Source: Octopus vulgaris (Eukaryota). From it: 64,000 bases of DNA. The stretch's first letter is position 1, and every line of letters starts with the position of its first letter. The position numbers were made by a program, and so were the translations under genes. The stretch is taken from NCBI GenBank assembly GCA_951406725.2, contig OX597824.1:37324001-37388000 (forward strand). The letters run 5' to 3'. Shown in pieces: positions 1 to 13,395 of the stretch. A model generated the notes under the pieces. The model searched no databases. It was not told the origin of the DNA and saw only the letters and a list, made by a program, of their open reading frames with translations.

Positions 1-590
1 GTTGTACTCAGTGTAAGTTTGGACACGAGGGATGTAGTGGAACAATAGGCAGACGGAGAATATAAGCTTCATATGTGATAGGTGCACTGGAGGAGGTTAC
101 CTTAAATGCTTGGAATGGCTCACTAGAAGTAGCCCAAAACTTCTATCTTGGAGACATAATTTGCAGGGGGAGGTGGTTACTCAGAAAGTATAGTCACCAA
201 AGGTCTTCTTCCTCAGATTGTATGACACTTGTGTTAGGACTGCGATTCTGCTTGGTAGTGAGATATGAGTCAAAGACCAGAAATGAATGAAGCCAGCATG
301 TTCCAATGGCAGAGTATTAGCAGGCATGAACACCTAAGTACAAATGGGGGCCTACGAGAAATCAGGTGTAGTGTACTAGATAGAAGGCTATACTAATACA
401 GGTATGTGATGTTTATGGAGGATGATTGCTATGTAAGGAGGTGGGTTTTTCCATGTTAGTGGAACCTTTGGAAGAGGGAGACCAAGAAGGCTTGGTATAA
501 GTTGTGAAGGCTGATCTGAACATGCAATATCTCAAGGAGATGAAACATGAGTGTACTGTCTGTTGACGTGGTGTTACAGAAGACCTGTCC
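1..590 (+). mobile_element. highly degenerate RTE-type LINE 3' fragment
   Basis: Resembles the RTE copy at 58575-59640 (actagaagtagcc..ttctatcttggagac; tgtatgacacttgtgt; gggagaccaagaagg..tgg). Confidence 0.5.
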
Positions 591-1911
591 ATTCCTGGTT
601 AAATGCTCATTAACACAAGTTATGATTAAGAGGCTGTAAAATATATTCATACACTGCTTTTTACCAAACCTTGCCACCCCATCAATTGACATTTCTCTCT
701 ACCTCTGTGACTCCTATCTCTTCATTACTCACAGCACATTCTCTCTTGGGTTACCTCTTACTTTTAATCTACTAAGCTGCCCTTACACCTCTAGGATGCC
801 CTCTAACCTTCCTTTCTCTTGCTTCACCCAACCACTATTTCTCCATAACCCTCTCTTAACTCCCCATCATCTGCTCTTCCTTTCACTCACCTCCTTTTCT
901 TTCATTGCTTCTCTGTCTCCTCAAAATCCCTTCTTACCTTCCCCCTCCCTCTGACCTACCCCTCATACCCATCTTTCTTTGAATGATTCTGTCTGGATCC
1001 CTCTCCACCCTAGTTTATTGCTCTCTTCCTGTACTCTTTCCATTACACCTTTCCATATTCAGCCCTTTTAGTAGTGGACAGCTCTAGACACACCTCTTTA
1101 CACTATCCACTCTATCACCCTTTTTTTTTTCAATAATCCCTGTCACTAATCCCCTTCCCTTCAGCTCTGATCCCTACTATAGTCACTCCCCTCCATCTCT
1201 TTCTCTCATTCTTCTGCCTAGAGTCATCACTCGCTTCCTTTTCTGTTCTACCTCAGTTATAGGGGTCACTAGCCTTGTAAGTTTCAAGGCTGTCCTAACT
1301 CCTGCTGGTGCCATGCACAAAGTACCCAGTAAACTTTGGTTGGCATTAAGAAGGGCATCCAAGCTGTAGAAACCATACCAAAGAAGGACATTGGAACCTA
1401 GTGCAGTTCTCTGACCATCGAATTCTGTCAAATCATCCAGCCCATGGCAACATGGAATCAGTAATTAAATGATTATAATTGTGATCTTCAAGTATTTAAA
1501 TAAGTTGCAAATGTTATTTGATAACATCTCGTTATCCACAAAATTGCCTCTGTAGCAGTAATGTAATATGTTTAAAAACTTCAGAAAAGCTACAAACATA
1601 AGCAATTGTTATATTACTGTACTTAAAATATCATCTTACTTAAGACAAACTTAAGATGAAAAACAATAGTTAGGTGTTGATATAGTTAATATAGTAAGCT
1701 ATCTGCATTAAGTTTGTTAATGGTTGATATACTTTCTTAAGTATAAGGCCAACCTTATAAGGGGTTCATAACATCATTGATTCTCAATTATCGATTTCAG
1801 ATGGATAATATACAAAGTTAATCCTGATGCTATTTGAATTCAAAGAGACTAAAAATGTTGTATATTCTGCCAACTTTTGGTTTATGCTAATATAATCTAT
1901 GGTTACCCTGT

Positions 1912-2137
1912 TTAACCCTTTAGTGTTCGCATTATACTGCCAATTAATGCTTTTGCATCCACATTGTTTTGAACTAATCATGCTTTATCTTGTAGCTATG
2001 AGATTTTGATGAGGTAGCTGTTAATTTTTAAAACGATATTGTAGGGTTGGTGTGAGAGACCAGATCTGGCCAGTTTGAGCATAAAACAAGCAGAATACTT
2101 TTGGCCGGATATGGCCGGTTTAAATGCTAAAGGGTTA
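1912..2137. mobile_element. piggyBac-like MITE (TTAA-flanked)
   Basis: ttaa|ccctttag...ctaaaggg|ttaa termini. Related copies near 35717-35935, 40540-40925, 52650-52990 and 53117-53342; a second TTAA family near 9640-9867, 10854-11080 and 30850-31072. Confidence 0.65.
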
Positions 2138-2399
2138 AAATAATCATACAAGAAACAGTTGATTTTAAACCTGTTATAATTACAATTTATAAATCTTATT
2201 TTCTTTTGGATTATCAAAATTTACTTCAATTTGTAATTAAAATAACTACTTACTTAAATATCTGTGGGCCTGTGTGTGTAATGAATATCTGTATGTATGT
2301 ATGTGTATATATATATATATCATTATCATCGTTTAACGTCCGTTTTCCATGCTAGCATGGGTATATATATATATATATATATATAATATGCATGTGTGA

Positions 2400-2700
2400 A
2401 GGCGTGTAGCTCAGTGGTTAGAGCGCTGAACTTACGACCGTGAGGTTGAGTTCAAATCCCCGACTTGGCTGCATGTTGTGTTCTTGAGCAAGATACTTTA
2501 TTTCATGTTGCTCCAATTTACTCAGCTGTAGAAATGAGTTGCGACGTCACTGGTGCCAAGCTGTATTGGCATAGAGAGGGGAGGCTGGTATGCATGGGCG
2601 ACTGCTGGTCTTCCATAAACAACCTTGCCCAGACTTGTGCCTTCGAGTGTAACTTTCTAGGTGCAATCCCATGGTCATTCGTGACCAAAGATGGCCTCTG
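2400..2700 (+). mobile_element. tRNA-derived SINE
   Basis: A box tagctcagtggt and B box gagttcaaatcc; an inverted copy lies at about 57870-58190. Confidence 0.8.
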
Positions 2701-3420
2701 ATATGCATGTGGGGTCTGTGTAGGCAAAGCAGACATTACTGAGCCAGACTAACTATATTGGTGTGTATGTATATGTGATTGTATAAATACAAATGTATAA
2801 AAACTAAATGTGAAATCTATCTTGTATATCTAAGTTTATGAAACACAGGTTTAGCGAATAACCCATCCAACTCCTGTCCATAGAACTGTATAGCGCATGC
2901 ATGCATGTATGTATGTAAGTATATATGTGTGTGTGTTTGTAAGTAAATATTTTCTGTTGAAATATTTTTACATTATTGTATCATAAAAATAAGGCCTGTT
3001 GTTGACAATTTACACAATGTATAAATCCTGCTTAACCTAAGTGTATACCACCAGAACCTGTTTGGTATGTATTGAAAGCCTTTGTCAGTCAGAATCAACT
3101 GTGTATCTCAAAGTGGAAAGTTCTTGTGCAGGGCATGCGTCCCTAGAAGGACAAATAATATCCGTCTAGGGACCTATTCTATGTCACTGATGTTGTCCAA
3201 GAGCAATAATGAGCAATACACTTTATCATCAGTGTTGTTGTTGAACTCAGAACAGAAGGGACAGAAAGAGATATTTTGAGGTATTTTCTTCAATTCTGAT
3301 ATGATTCTGCCAAATCCACTGCTCTTGACCCTGGGTTGATGAGAGGCGAAGTTGACCATGGCACAATTTGAACTCAGAATACTACAAGGTTAATGATTCT
3401 GTGAAACTATAGAAATAATA

Positions 3421-3675
3421 TTTCGTTTTTGGATTTGGTTTGCAAGATTCTTTATACGAGTTCATGTGTTGAAGCATATTCTGTTGTGTCTGGGGAGAGT
3501 CATTCTCTTTTAGTGCCTTGCAACCTTTTCAATAGTCTTGAGAGTCAAGACTATTGAAAAGGTTTCAAGACGCAACGAAAATTTTAGAAAATAAGAAATA
3601 AGTGGAAATTTTACCGGTGAGTGTGTTACATTATAGTGCACTAAAAGAGAATGACTCTCCCCAGACACAACAGAA
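3421..3675. mobile_element. foldback insertion with 13-bp target-site duplication (Penelope-like fragment?)
   Basis: TATAGAAATAATA at 3408-3420 and 3676-3688; 41-bp inverted repeat 3476-3516 / 3638-3678; internal hairpin at about 3517-3570. Confidence 0.55.
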
Positions 3676-3939
3676 TATAGAAATAATACATTTCTAAATC
3701 TCTGAGAGATTTATGCAGTAGCAGCATGATAAAGTGGTAGTATGTTGTCAACTTAATGTGACAACCCATGGAAGGGAAGAATGCTACTGCTATTTAGCCC
3801 TAGGAAACGCTGTTTCCTAGAGGGCTTGACACAATTCTTGTGTCCTTTTGTTTTCAAAGTGGAGACAAGCACCTCCATCCAGCAAAGCCAGCACCCAGAG
3901 ACTAGTTTCAGAGTCATTGCTCATCATCAGTCTGGAGTA

Positions 3940-4260
3940 GTATATATATGTGCATATATGATTACAGGACCATACATGGTCACGTGTTTTGTGACCATAT
4001 ATGGTCACAAAATGTAAACAACATGAAATCCCAATTACAAAAAAATATGAAATACAAAGACAAACTTTTGTTTTGCAAACGAGAGAAACAAATGGAAAAC
4101 TAGACAAATAACATAAAGAACGACCATTCATCAGTTGTTGGCTGTTTATTTACTCCACATTTCGAGCAATTCACCACAATATGTGCCTTCGAGAAAACAG
4201 TTGCTCCTGCAAACCAAAATAAAAGTTTTGCAGGGGGTCAAAGTTGGTAACAAAAACTGG
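3940..4260. repeat. dispersed repeat, probably a Penelope-like terminal repeat; second copy at about 5215-5410
   Basis: Shared aagaacgacc.ttcatcagttg...ttcgagaaaacagttgct block and tacaggac start; perfect 26-nt palindrome at 3987-4012. Confidence 0.5.
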
Positions 4261-4637
4261 TCAGTGAAACAAGCAATGAGGGCTGTTAAGCCAGACAGGG
4301 TAAGGTGGTGAATGCTGAGGAACATTCTTTGACCAGAGAAAAGATAGGAGAGGAGACAGACAAGGATATGTCTGGTCTATGCAATGGACTGAAAGAAAAG
4401 AAAAGAAAAATGAACATGATGAATGATGGTCACATGTGAGCAACAAGAGAGTAAAGGAGGAAGAGGGAAAGAGGGGGACAGATAGAAAAGGGTGAAGGGG
4501 AGAAAAAAAGAATTAGAGAAAGGAAAAGATAGAAAAACAAAAGCGGGGAGAGAGAGAGAACAGTACAGAAGAGTTGCATCAAAATTAAGATAAACTTACT
4601 TGGAAATAGATGCGTGGCATTCAGTCATATAATAATA

Positions 4638-4985
4638 ATCATCATCATCATCATCGTTTAACGTCCATTTTCCATGCTAGCATGGGTCGGGCGCTTTTGA
4701 CTGAGGGCTGGCAACCAGATGGCTGCACCAGGCTCTAGTCTTGATCTGGCAGAGTTTCTACAGCTGGATGCCCTTCCTAACGCCAACCACTCCGAGAGTG
4801 TAGTGGGTGCTTTTTACGTGCCACCTGCACAGGAGCCAGTCAGGCGGTACTGGCAATGACCTCACTCGAATCTTTTTACATGTTCCACCGACACAGGTGC
4901 CAATGGTAACAATCACGCTCGAATGGTGCCCTTTTACGTGCCATGGGTACGGAAGCCAGCTGGCTGCTCTGGCAACGATCACAAG
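4638..4985 (-). mobile_element. (GAT)n-tailed SINE-like repeat (representative of more than 20 copies)
   Basis: catcatcatcgtttaacgtcc.ttttccatgctagcatggg...ctggatgcccttcctaacgccaaccactccgagagtgtagtgggtgc. Copies on both strands, e.g. 14365-14567, 16005-16350, 21240-21600, 26755-27040, 41866-42255, 42700-43105, 56700-56955, 62405-62565. Confidence 0.85.
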
Positions 4986-5805
4986 GATAAAATATATGTA
5001 TAGGCATACATACATACATATATGTACATACTGTATTTCAAAGAGCCGGCCTTGTCACACTTTGTGTCACGCTGAATCTCCCTGAGAATTACGTTAGGGG
5101 TACACGTGTCTGTGGATTGCTCAGTCACTTACGCATTAATTTCACAAGCAAGCTGTTCCATTGATCATATCAGCTGGGACCCTCGTCGTTGTAACCGATG
5201 GAGTGCTCCTATATATATGCATATATGGGTACAGGACGTCACAATGAAATAAGACAAACTTTTTTTGTGAACAAAGAGAGAAACAAATGGAAAACAATAC
5301 AAGTAATATAAAGAACGACCCTTCATCAGTTGTCAGCTGTTTATCTACTGCACATTTCAAGCCATTCACGACAATATGTACCTTCGAGAAAACAGTTGCT
5401 CCCGCAAATCATATATATGTCTATTTTCTGATTAGGTAGAGGAAATTTGGTTCTTGTTTTTTATTTACTTCTATTTTCTTTTGTTCTGATAGAAGACCTT
5501 TTTTATCTATCCGTTTGGGCATCTCGTGCAGAGCAAATATGAGATAATTATTTGATTCTATATCATACTTTTTCAAAATTAGGGCCAGAGTGAAAACCCC
5601 GGTGAGTTCTTCTTTAACTGTGTGATAAGCAGCATGGTTTCAGTTTTCGTCTTAAGAACTGTTGATGAAAATATGAACTAAAAGGATATTTTTCAAGTCT
5701 TTTAAGTTTTGAGGACATCAGTTGTACAATGTGGTGCTAGTTGCAAGATTTGAACTAAAAATGTAGATTGAAGTAAATCCGAAATGCTATTAGTAATAAT
5801 ATATA

Positions 5806-6347
5806 TTGGGTTGTCCAGAAAGTTCATGCCGATTTATAGTAGCTTACCTTTCGACTTATTTTAGAACGTAGTTGAGTCCATAAAATAGGATTTGACTGCA
5901 CCTCCATTTAGAGCACAGTTTAAGCTATGTTTTTGTGGTATAGCCTGTGTTAATTCTGTAACCCTTTAAAATGGAAGATAAGAAAGTTCATTTTCGGCAC
6001 TTGATGCTTTGGGAACCAGATAAAAATTGCTGCAGTTCGGCTGGGATGTGTTACCCCACCCTCCATATTCACCAGATATTGCTCCTCTGGATTTCCACTC
6101 ATTCTGCAGAATAGTCTTAATTTTGAAAATTTCAATTCCTTGGATGATGTAAAAAGATACCTTGATAAATTCTTTGCCATGAAACCACCTCAATTCTGGG
6201 AAGAGGGTATTTTCAAGTTAAAGGAAAGATGGAGACGCATTGTGCAACAAAATGGTTCATATTTGGTTGATTAAAAATATAATGGCAAGTATTTATTGAC
6301 CTTTTTCTTTCCTTTAAAAATCGGCACAAACTTTCCGGACAACCCAA
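5806..6347 (+). mobile_element. internally deleted mariner (Tc1/mariner) transposon
   Basis: TA-flanked TIRs ttgggttgtccagaaagtt / aactttccggacaacccaa; HPPYSPDIAPLDFH motif at about 6057-6098. Confidence 0.9.
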
Positions 6348-6889
6348 TATCACCATTGTCATCATCATCATCTAATGTCTATTTTCTATACTGGCATGGG
6401 TTGGACAGTTTGACTGGAGCTGGTATGCCGGAAAGCTATGCCAAGCTCCATTGTCTGTTCTGGCATGAATTCTACAGTTGGATGCCCTTCCCAATGCCAA
6501 CCACTTTACAGCGTGTACTGGGTGCTTTTTATGTGGCACCTGCATGAACATGCACCCACACACACATATTCACCATGTATTTTTCCATGCTAGCATGGGT
6601 AAATATATTATTCAAACACTGTTTTACATCTGGATGCTTTTCCTATGATTAACCTTTGCCTGCTTTTGTAAGTAGAAATCCCATATTTTACATGCATTTT
6701 GAATGTACAACACAAGTGTATGGTTTGTTGACAGGAGAACTGACAGTGCAGGTTTTTGTCAATTCAGATATCAAACAGCTGCGTGCACACATACATGCGA
6801 GTACTGTCCAATCACATACAGCTAGCAAGCTTTCAATTGGCATATCAAGTTTCGGGCATTTTGATTGGGTTTTGGATAGAAAATTCACA

Positions 6890-7075
6890 AAAAAGTCACT
6901 TCTATTGATTTTTTAATGGCTTTGCAGGGTGACTGGGGAAATGTAAAGATGTGCACGACCATCCTTGGACGGTTTTGAATGACCATAGAAAGTGCGAGCC
7001 CTCTAACTGAAAAATTGTGGATTTGTATAAAGGACACGCACACAGACATTTTGCCATTTATATATATAGAGATAC
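6890..7075 (-). mobile_element. Helitron-like 5' end fragment
   Basis: Minus strand begins atctctatatatataaatggcaaaatgtctgtgtg, like the other Helitron 5' ends here; a similar + strand fragment at about 48361-48560. Confidence 0.4.
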
Positions 7076-8297
7076 TTGTGTGCATCTGCGCTCAAACACA
7101 CACACACACATGATGGGCTTCTTTCAGTTTCTATCTGCCAAATTCATCTTCAAGGTTTTGGTCGAAGGCAGAATGTTACCTGCAGTAGTTAGAAATACGG
7201 AGCAGTATATTGGCTTCTAGTTGTGTCCATTACTTTCATGAACACACACACACATCTGTTTATCATTTGAAAATGTAATGAAATATATATTATATATATA
7301 TATATATCCATCCTGGTGTCCTCTTAGAGTTATATCTGTTGAGCTTATTCACAACTAGAGTATTGAGGATATGCTATTTGTTATTACCAGAACTTGGCAT
7401 TGTTTCTGTATTAAGACATTCTTGTGTTCTAACTTGTCTATTTTTATAACCAAGAAGTCTTGATAGCACAAATGTGTTCTCATGAATATTATATTTCCAA
7501 TTTGGCAGTTAATCTTACACATTGATTTTGAATTTTATTTGAATGGAATTGTATGTTGGATTCTGATAAAAATAGCTCTCCTAAATTACTCTCATTTATA
7601 CTGACTGTCCCCATCTCCTCCTATTCCCTCACCCATACCCCATTAAAAATGTGTAATTTTAAGTTAGAACTAGTTTATTTTAATTTTATGGCTGACTTGG
7701 GTTGACTTTCATTCACAAACTCTCTTTGGCAATTCTCTTTTTCCTTCCGTCTTGCCTTCTATCTTTACTTCTTCAGATATATGCCCTTCACTAAGGTGGC
7801 GTGCTGGTAGGACTGTTAGCACGCCGGGTAAAATGCTTAGCAGCATTTTGTGTGTCTTTATGTGCTGGGTTCAAATGCTGCCAATGTTAGCTTTGCCTCT
7901 TATTCTTTCAAGCTCAATAAAATAAGTACCAGTTGTGTGCTGGGGTTGATGTAAGCAATTTAGTTTCTCACCCAACATTGTTGGCCATGTGCCAAAACTT
8001 GAAACCAGCATACACATTTCTGCCTCCATTTATTTAAGAATTTCTCTCTATTTATAAAGTGGAAGAAGTTGATGGAAACAATCTTTATGTAATTGGAAGA
8101 AATTTGGAAAATGTCTATTTCTTGCCTGAATTATGAATGAAACTTTTTTTTTTTTTTTTTTGTATTGAAATTTCATGATTGGAATCTCTAGTTTGATGTA
8201 TGATACTACATACCTTGATACTGGAATGTGAAAGATGGGTGGCTACTGAGTGTGATACACTCAATTTGAATTTAGAATCTAATTGTTTTATAGCAAA

Positions 8298-8690
8298 CTA
8301 GCAGTATTGCCCGGCATTGCTTGGGTTTGTTTCGGCCCTTTAGAATGGGAAATTTTGAAAAGTAAAAATTTTGCATTATGTAGCTTGTTATTCTCTTTAG
8401 GTGAACATTTTTCTGGTTGAAATACACCGAAAAATGGCGACACAGCAGTCAAAAAATAGTAAAAAAAATAGGGATTTTCATAGAAAAAAGCACCGTTTTG
8501 ATGTAAATAATTTTTGCTGTTAACATGGTCCGATTTGAATATTTTCTTCTATGGAAGGAAGAGCAAGCCTTCTTCTATTATACTCTCAATTTTGGTCAAC
8601 TTGTGCTGCAGGGTCTCGGAGGAGATAGTGTTAGTTGAAGGCTGCCAAACCTGCCATACACAGACAACTTCAGCTTTATATAGAGAGAGA
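8298..8690 (-). mobile_element. non-autonomous Helitron, copy 1
   Basis: Minus strand starts TCTCTCTCTATATAAAG and ends in a GC-rich subterminal stretch plus CTAG|T; closely similar to 37120-37512. Confidence 0.75.
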
Positions 8691-9077
8691 TTAGGAAAGC
8701 TTCCAAATTTAGATGCATAAAGGAAGCAGTTGTATAATAAGCCATACAGTACTATCATCTGATTGTAGACAATAGTAACCCTGGACAATGGAGTTGTTGA
8801 CATTTTGACATTTGAATTGTTGATACATTTGAGACCTTGAAACATTTTGGAATTATGGAATTTAAATGGATTGTCATTCTCTGTTGAAGGATCCAATGGA
8901 TTAGTTGAGAGGGAATTGGTGCTGATAGGTAACCAGGACCGAACATAAGGCTTGGGTGATGGAAAGTTGCTAATCAGTGTAAAAACTACTCAGTGCCAGT
9001 GGTTTGGGGGAGAGAGAGAGCCATTAGTAGAAAGAAGGAAATATTAGGATAAAATAAATAGCCAATACAAATATTGG

Positions 9078-9480
9078 TGCAGGAGTGGCTGTGTGGTAAG
9101 TAGCTTGTTTACCAACCACATGGTTCCGGGTTCAGTCCCACTGCGTGGTACCTTGGGCAAGTGTCTTCTACTATAGCCTCGGGCCGACCAAAGCCTTGTG
9201 AGTGGATTTGGTAGACGGAAACTGAAAGAAGCCCGTCGTATATATGTATATATATATATGCGTGTGTGTGCTTGTGTCTGTGTTTGTCCTCCTAGCATTG
9301 CTTGACAACCGATGCTGGTGTGTTTATGTCCCCGTTACTTAGTGGTTCGGCAAAAGAGACCGATAGAATAAGTACTGGGCTTACAAAAGAATAAGTCCCG
9401 GGGTCGAGTTGCTCGATTAAAGGCGGTGCTCCAGCATGGCCGCAGTCAAATGACTGAAACAAGTAAAAGAATAAAAGAAA
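9078..9480 (+). mobile_element. tRNA-headed SINE with CORE-like segment and internal (TA)/(TG) microsatellite (representative)
   Basis: gtggctgtgtggtaag (A-box-like), gggttcagtccc (B box), ccttgggcaagt CORE-like motif, tail gactgaaacaagtaaaaga. Other copies at 11850-12235(-), 29295-29580(-), 36270-36550(-), 42450-42605, 43110-43280, 47960-48360, 50605-51000(-). Confidence 0.85.
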
Positions 9481-12400
9481 AGAAAGAATATCTGTCCAGA
9501 AATGAAAGTTTAACTTTAAATGAAATAAGTTGCAAGTAAAACTGTTAAAAAGCAAGTTTGATGCTGGCAGTTTGTAAGCCCAAACTTTTCTTTTGTTTAG
9601 GGGTGGGGTTTCATTGGTGTGTTGATGTTGATGTTTTATTTGACCCTTTCTTTACTGTATTTATTTTGAGACACTCTGTTTCTTCCAATCATTTAAAAAT
9701 ATAACAAAGAATTTAGTAAAATAACTAAGTTATCATTAAGCTAGTGTTAGGAACATAAATTGTGATTAAGGTTTGATGAAAGATTTTAATTAAAAACTTA
9801 TGAAAACAAGACATTTGTACTACTGAGCCAGAGCTGGTTTTGGCCGGGTTGGTAACGAACGGGTTAAACAACCCTTCAGTTATTATATGTTGGCATTCTT
9901 GTAAAAAATTTTTTTTTTATTAATCTTAACTGCAGACAGTTTAATCTTTTTGTTTCATATTACTATTCAGCTTCCCTTTATATACCTAGATATTTTCGTG
10001 AAGATTGCTTGAATTCTCTGAGAATTTTTAGACACCCACATAGTGCAAAATTTCATGTTTGTAAATGTTTGGTGGACAGTTTATCTGAAGTCGAGGAATT
10101 AAGTAGTAAAAATAGTAATTGATTTTTAAAATTTATTTATTAGTGTTCTTGTGTGGCTAGTTGTCAGTGAAATAATGCCTGAAGTTAAGAGGTTAAAACT
10201 ATATTTGTATCCCTTAATTGTCTGTGCCTAATTTTGCGACTGATGTGATATTAAAAGTATTATTCAGAATATATGTTATGCTTGAAGGCCAATGTTTATG
10301 TGTGCAGTCAGTATGGTTATAGTTGTAAGTACACCGTCTGTATTGTTTATAAATCAACAGCTTTAAATACTATTATTTTGTTATAACGTTGTTGTTGCCA
10401 AGAGATTTATATGTTCACGAAATATTGCTCACAGTATACAAGGGAGTTGGTGAATTTTGGTTAATTGCTATTGTTTTCACTGTTCCTATTCAAGTGAGTG
10501 CTTGTGCATGTCCCCATGTGCATGCACTCCTCCCTCTCTATTTGATGTAGGCGCTTACTGTTAAATACTTAATTTAGGAAAGGAATTTTGACAATTTAAG
10601 TCCAAGAGTATAGATTTAAAGAGAGAGGAAATAGCTTTACAGTGCAGTTTACTGAAATTTGAGAAAGCATGCTGAGCAGGAATACAGGTCTCTTGTACAA
10701 AGAAGTAAAAGGCAAGAAAGAATGTAATGGAATTAGAAATGAATTTTCAGTTCAACTTGTGGAAACCTTTACATGACAGACATTGAATATGGGACATGAG
10801 GTGTAAATAGCAAACTTCACCTATTTTAGTTTGTCCGAAGAAAATAATTTTGATTAACTTTTTCATTACCATATTTCTCTTGAAATGTACTGCCTTTGTT
10901 TCTGTTAATTTTGAAAATAATTAAGGATTTAATAAAGTACCTGTCATTAATGAGCAGGTGTTTGGCACATAAATTAACATGAAATTCTGATTGAATTTTT
11001 AGTTTAGATCTCTTTAAAACTGGGAATTTGTATCATAGGACCAGTAGCAGTTTCAGGTGAGCTGGTACCAAAAGGGTTAAACAAGAATTCCTCATTAAAC
11101 TTTTTCCAATTAACTGTAAAATTCGTAATTAAAAAGTATGTTTTGTTCTGAAATAACTGTGGTGTTAGATTTTGGTTTATATACAAGATCTTGTTTAAAG
11201 TTTATTAAAAGGTTTAATCAGTGGGAAATTGATAAAAATGAAAATTAACAGGTTTCTTTATCCATGTCACATTCCGGAATGAACTTTAAAATCTACACGA
11301 GTTTCCAATTTTTATCTTTGGTTTGATTTTGGCTTAAAGTTACATCGTCTTCATCATTTAGCATCAGTTTTTCATGCTAGCATGGGTAAGACAGTTTGAC
11401 TGGGGCTTGTAAGCCCAAGAATTACACCAGGCTCCAGTTTGTTTTGGATTGGTTTCTATGGCTGGATGCCCTTCCTTATACCAACCGCTCCATAGAGTGT
11501 AATGGATACCTTTTACTAGTCACCGACACTGGCCAGGACTATGATCTCACTTAGCTTGATGTGTCTTCACAAACAGCAAATCATCAACGGTCTTGGTCAC
11601 TTGTCATCACTTCTGTGAGACTAAATATCTTAAGATCATACTTAACTATGTTCCATGCCCTCCTGGGTCTACTTCTTCCACAAGTCCCTCTGCAATTAGA
11701 GATTGGCACTTTATGCAGCTGTCCTCATCCATACACACATGTACAAATATAATTAGATGTGCAACTATAAATAAACCAACCATGTCTTCATGAACCTACA
11801 ATTTAACAACACAGGAATAAAATATAATGTTTAAATAAATCTTTAATCTCACTTGTTTCAGTCATTAGACTGTGGTCAAGATGGGGCACTGCTTTGAAGT
11901 ATTTTTAGTCAACTGAATCAACCTCAGTACTCCTTTTTTTTCAAGCCTGGTACTTATTCTTTCGTTCTCTTACTGAACTGCTAAGTTATGAGGATATAAA
12001 CAAACCAACACTGGTTATGAAGCAGTGGTGCAGGGGACAAACAAAAACACAAAAAGCAATATACCTAGATATATGACCAGCTTCTTTCAGTTTCTATCTA
12101 CAAAATCTACACTGAAGGCTTGGTTTGGCTCAAGGCTCTAGTAGAAGACACTTGCCCAAGGTGCTATGCAGTGGGATTGAAACCAGAGCCATGCGGTTGG
12201 GAAGCAAACTTCTCACTGCACACCCATGCCTGCACCTGATTTAATTAACATTTGGCCTCCCAATGAATATTAGCTGCAGTTATCTTGATCAGAATATTGA
12301 TCTGGTATTGTAGACTCAGTCATGTTTGAATAAATGTAATTTAACTTTCTAATTAAAAAAATTTCAAACTTGATTGCAGTTTAGCTGTCCACTTGCAAAA

Positions 12401-12719
12401 ATTTATTATATTATTATGTGTCGTGAACATAGAAGCACTTCACCACTGCACTTGTTGATTTATTGGGTCATCCTAAATATAATGTGGATTTTTTATACTT
12501 TTATTTTTATAAATTAAGATAAACAGTTCTTCTTTTATCTAAAATATGCTCTGTCTTTACATTCTGAGTTCAAATTTCGTGAAGGTTGACTTTGTCTTTC
12601 ACCCTTTTGAAGTCGGTAAATTAAGTTCCAGTTGCATACTGGTATTGATCTAATTGACTGAACTCCCCTGCCCCCAAAAAACATTTTGGGTCTTGTGCCT
12701 AGAGTACAAAAGAATATAT

Positions 12720-12900
12720 TCTACAATGCTCTTCCATCTATCTGGTAGACTTGCAAGGCCCCTCTTCCAAAATTCACTTGTCCGTGACGAAAAATACTCC
12801 TCCATTACCAGTACTGTTCTGACCTCATCAACAGAATTCATATTTTTTCCATCTAAAGATGCGGAGCAAATGATAATCAGATGGGACAATGTCCAGTAAA
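12720..12900 (-). mobile_element. mariner transposase C-terminal fragment
   Basis: EEYFSSRTSEFWKRGLASLPDRWKSIVE matches the mariner C-terminal F..GI..L..RW..V pattern; interrupted by a SINE. Confidence 0.7.
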
Positions 12901-12939
12901 TATTTAAAATAATTGCAATAATTATTTCATTAGCTATTG

Positions 12940-13395
12940 TTATATTTCGGGATGGTAATTTTTTTCTTCTTGCCAAATAAACACATGCATCATATATTCA
13001 CGCTCATTTATTATTGTTCTTACTTTATCTTATGTCCATTGTCTGGAAATTTTTTGTGTCATATTTGTGACCTCTTCATCGACTCTGTCATCCCACATGT
13101 CTCCTCCTGTTTTGTTTAGTTCATTCTGGACGCTTTAATTTAGTCCAGAAAAACAGTCCCAATTTTATGCTGAAATCTATCAAATCTTTCTAGATAGAAA
13201 GACAGAATGGACTAACCAGAACAGGGGGAGACACTTGGAAAGGAAGAGTCACTGAAGTGGTCACAGATGTGTGCCAAAAAGCTTTCAGACAATGGACATA
13301 GATAAAATAAGAGCAATGATAAACTAGTGAAGAAATAATATATAGTGCATGTATTTATTTTGGCAAGGAAAAAAAATGACCATCCTGAAATATAA
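12940..13395. repeat. diverged long inverted repeat (arms about 12940-13128 and 13203-13395)
   Basis: Arms are reverse-complementary (cttgccaaataaa..atgtccattgtctg / cagacaatggacat..ttattttggcaag); the ORFs 12937+ and 13212- translate alike. Confidence 0.8.

Noticed and set aside
690-1260. Pyrimidine-rich tract as a functional element
   Set aside because: Low-complexity CT-rich sequence without periodicity; comparable purine-rich tracts occur at 4330-4560 and 54200-54420.
2401-2465. tRNA gene
   Set aside because: A and B boxes are present, but the acceptor stem is not intact and the sequence continues into a SINE body that has a second copy at about 57870-58190.
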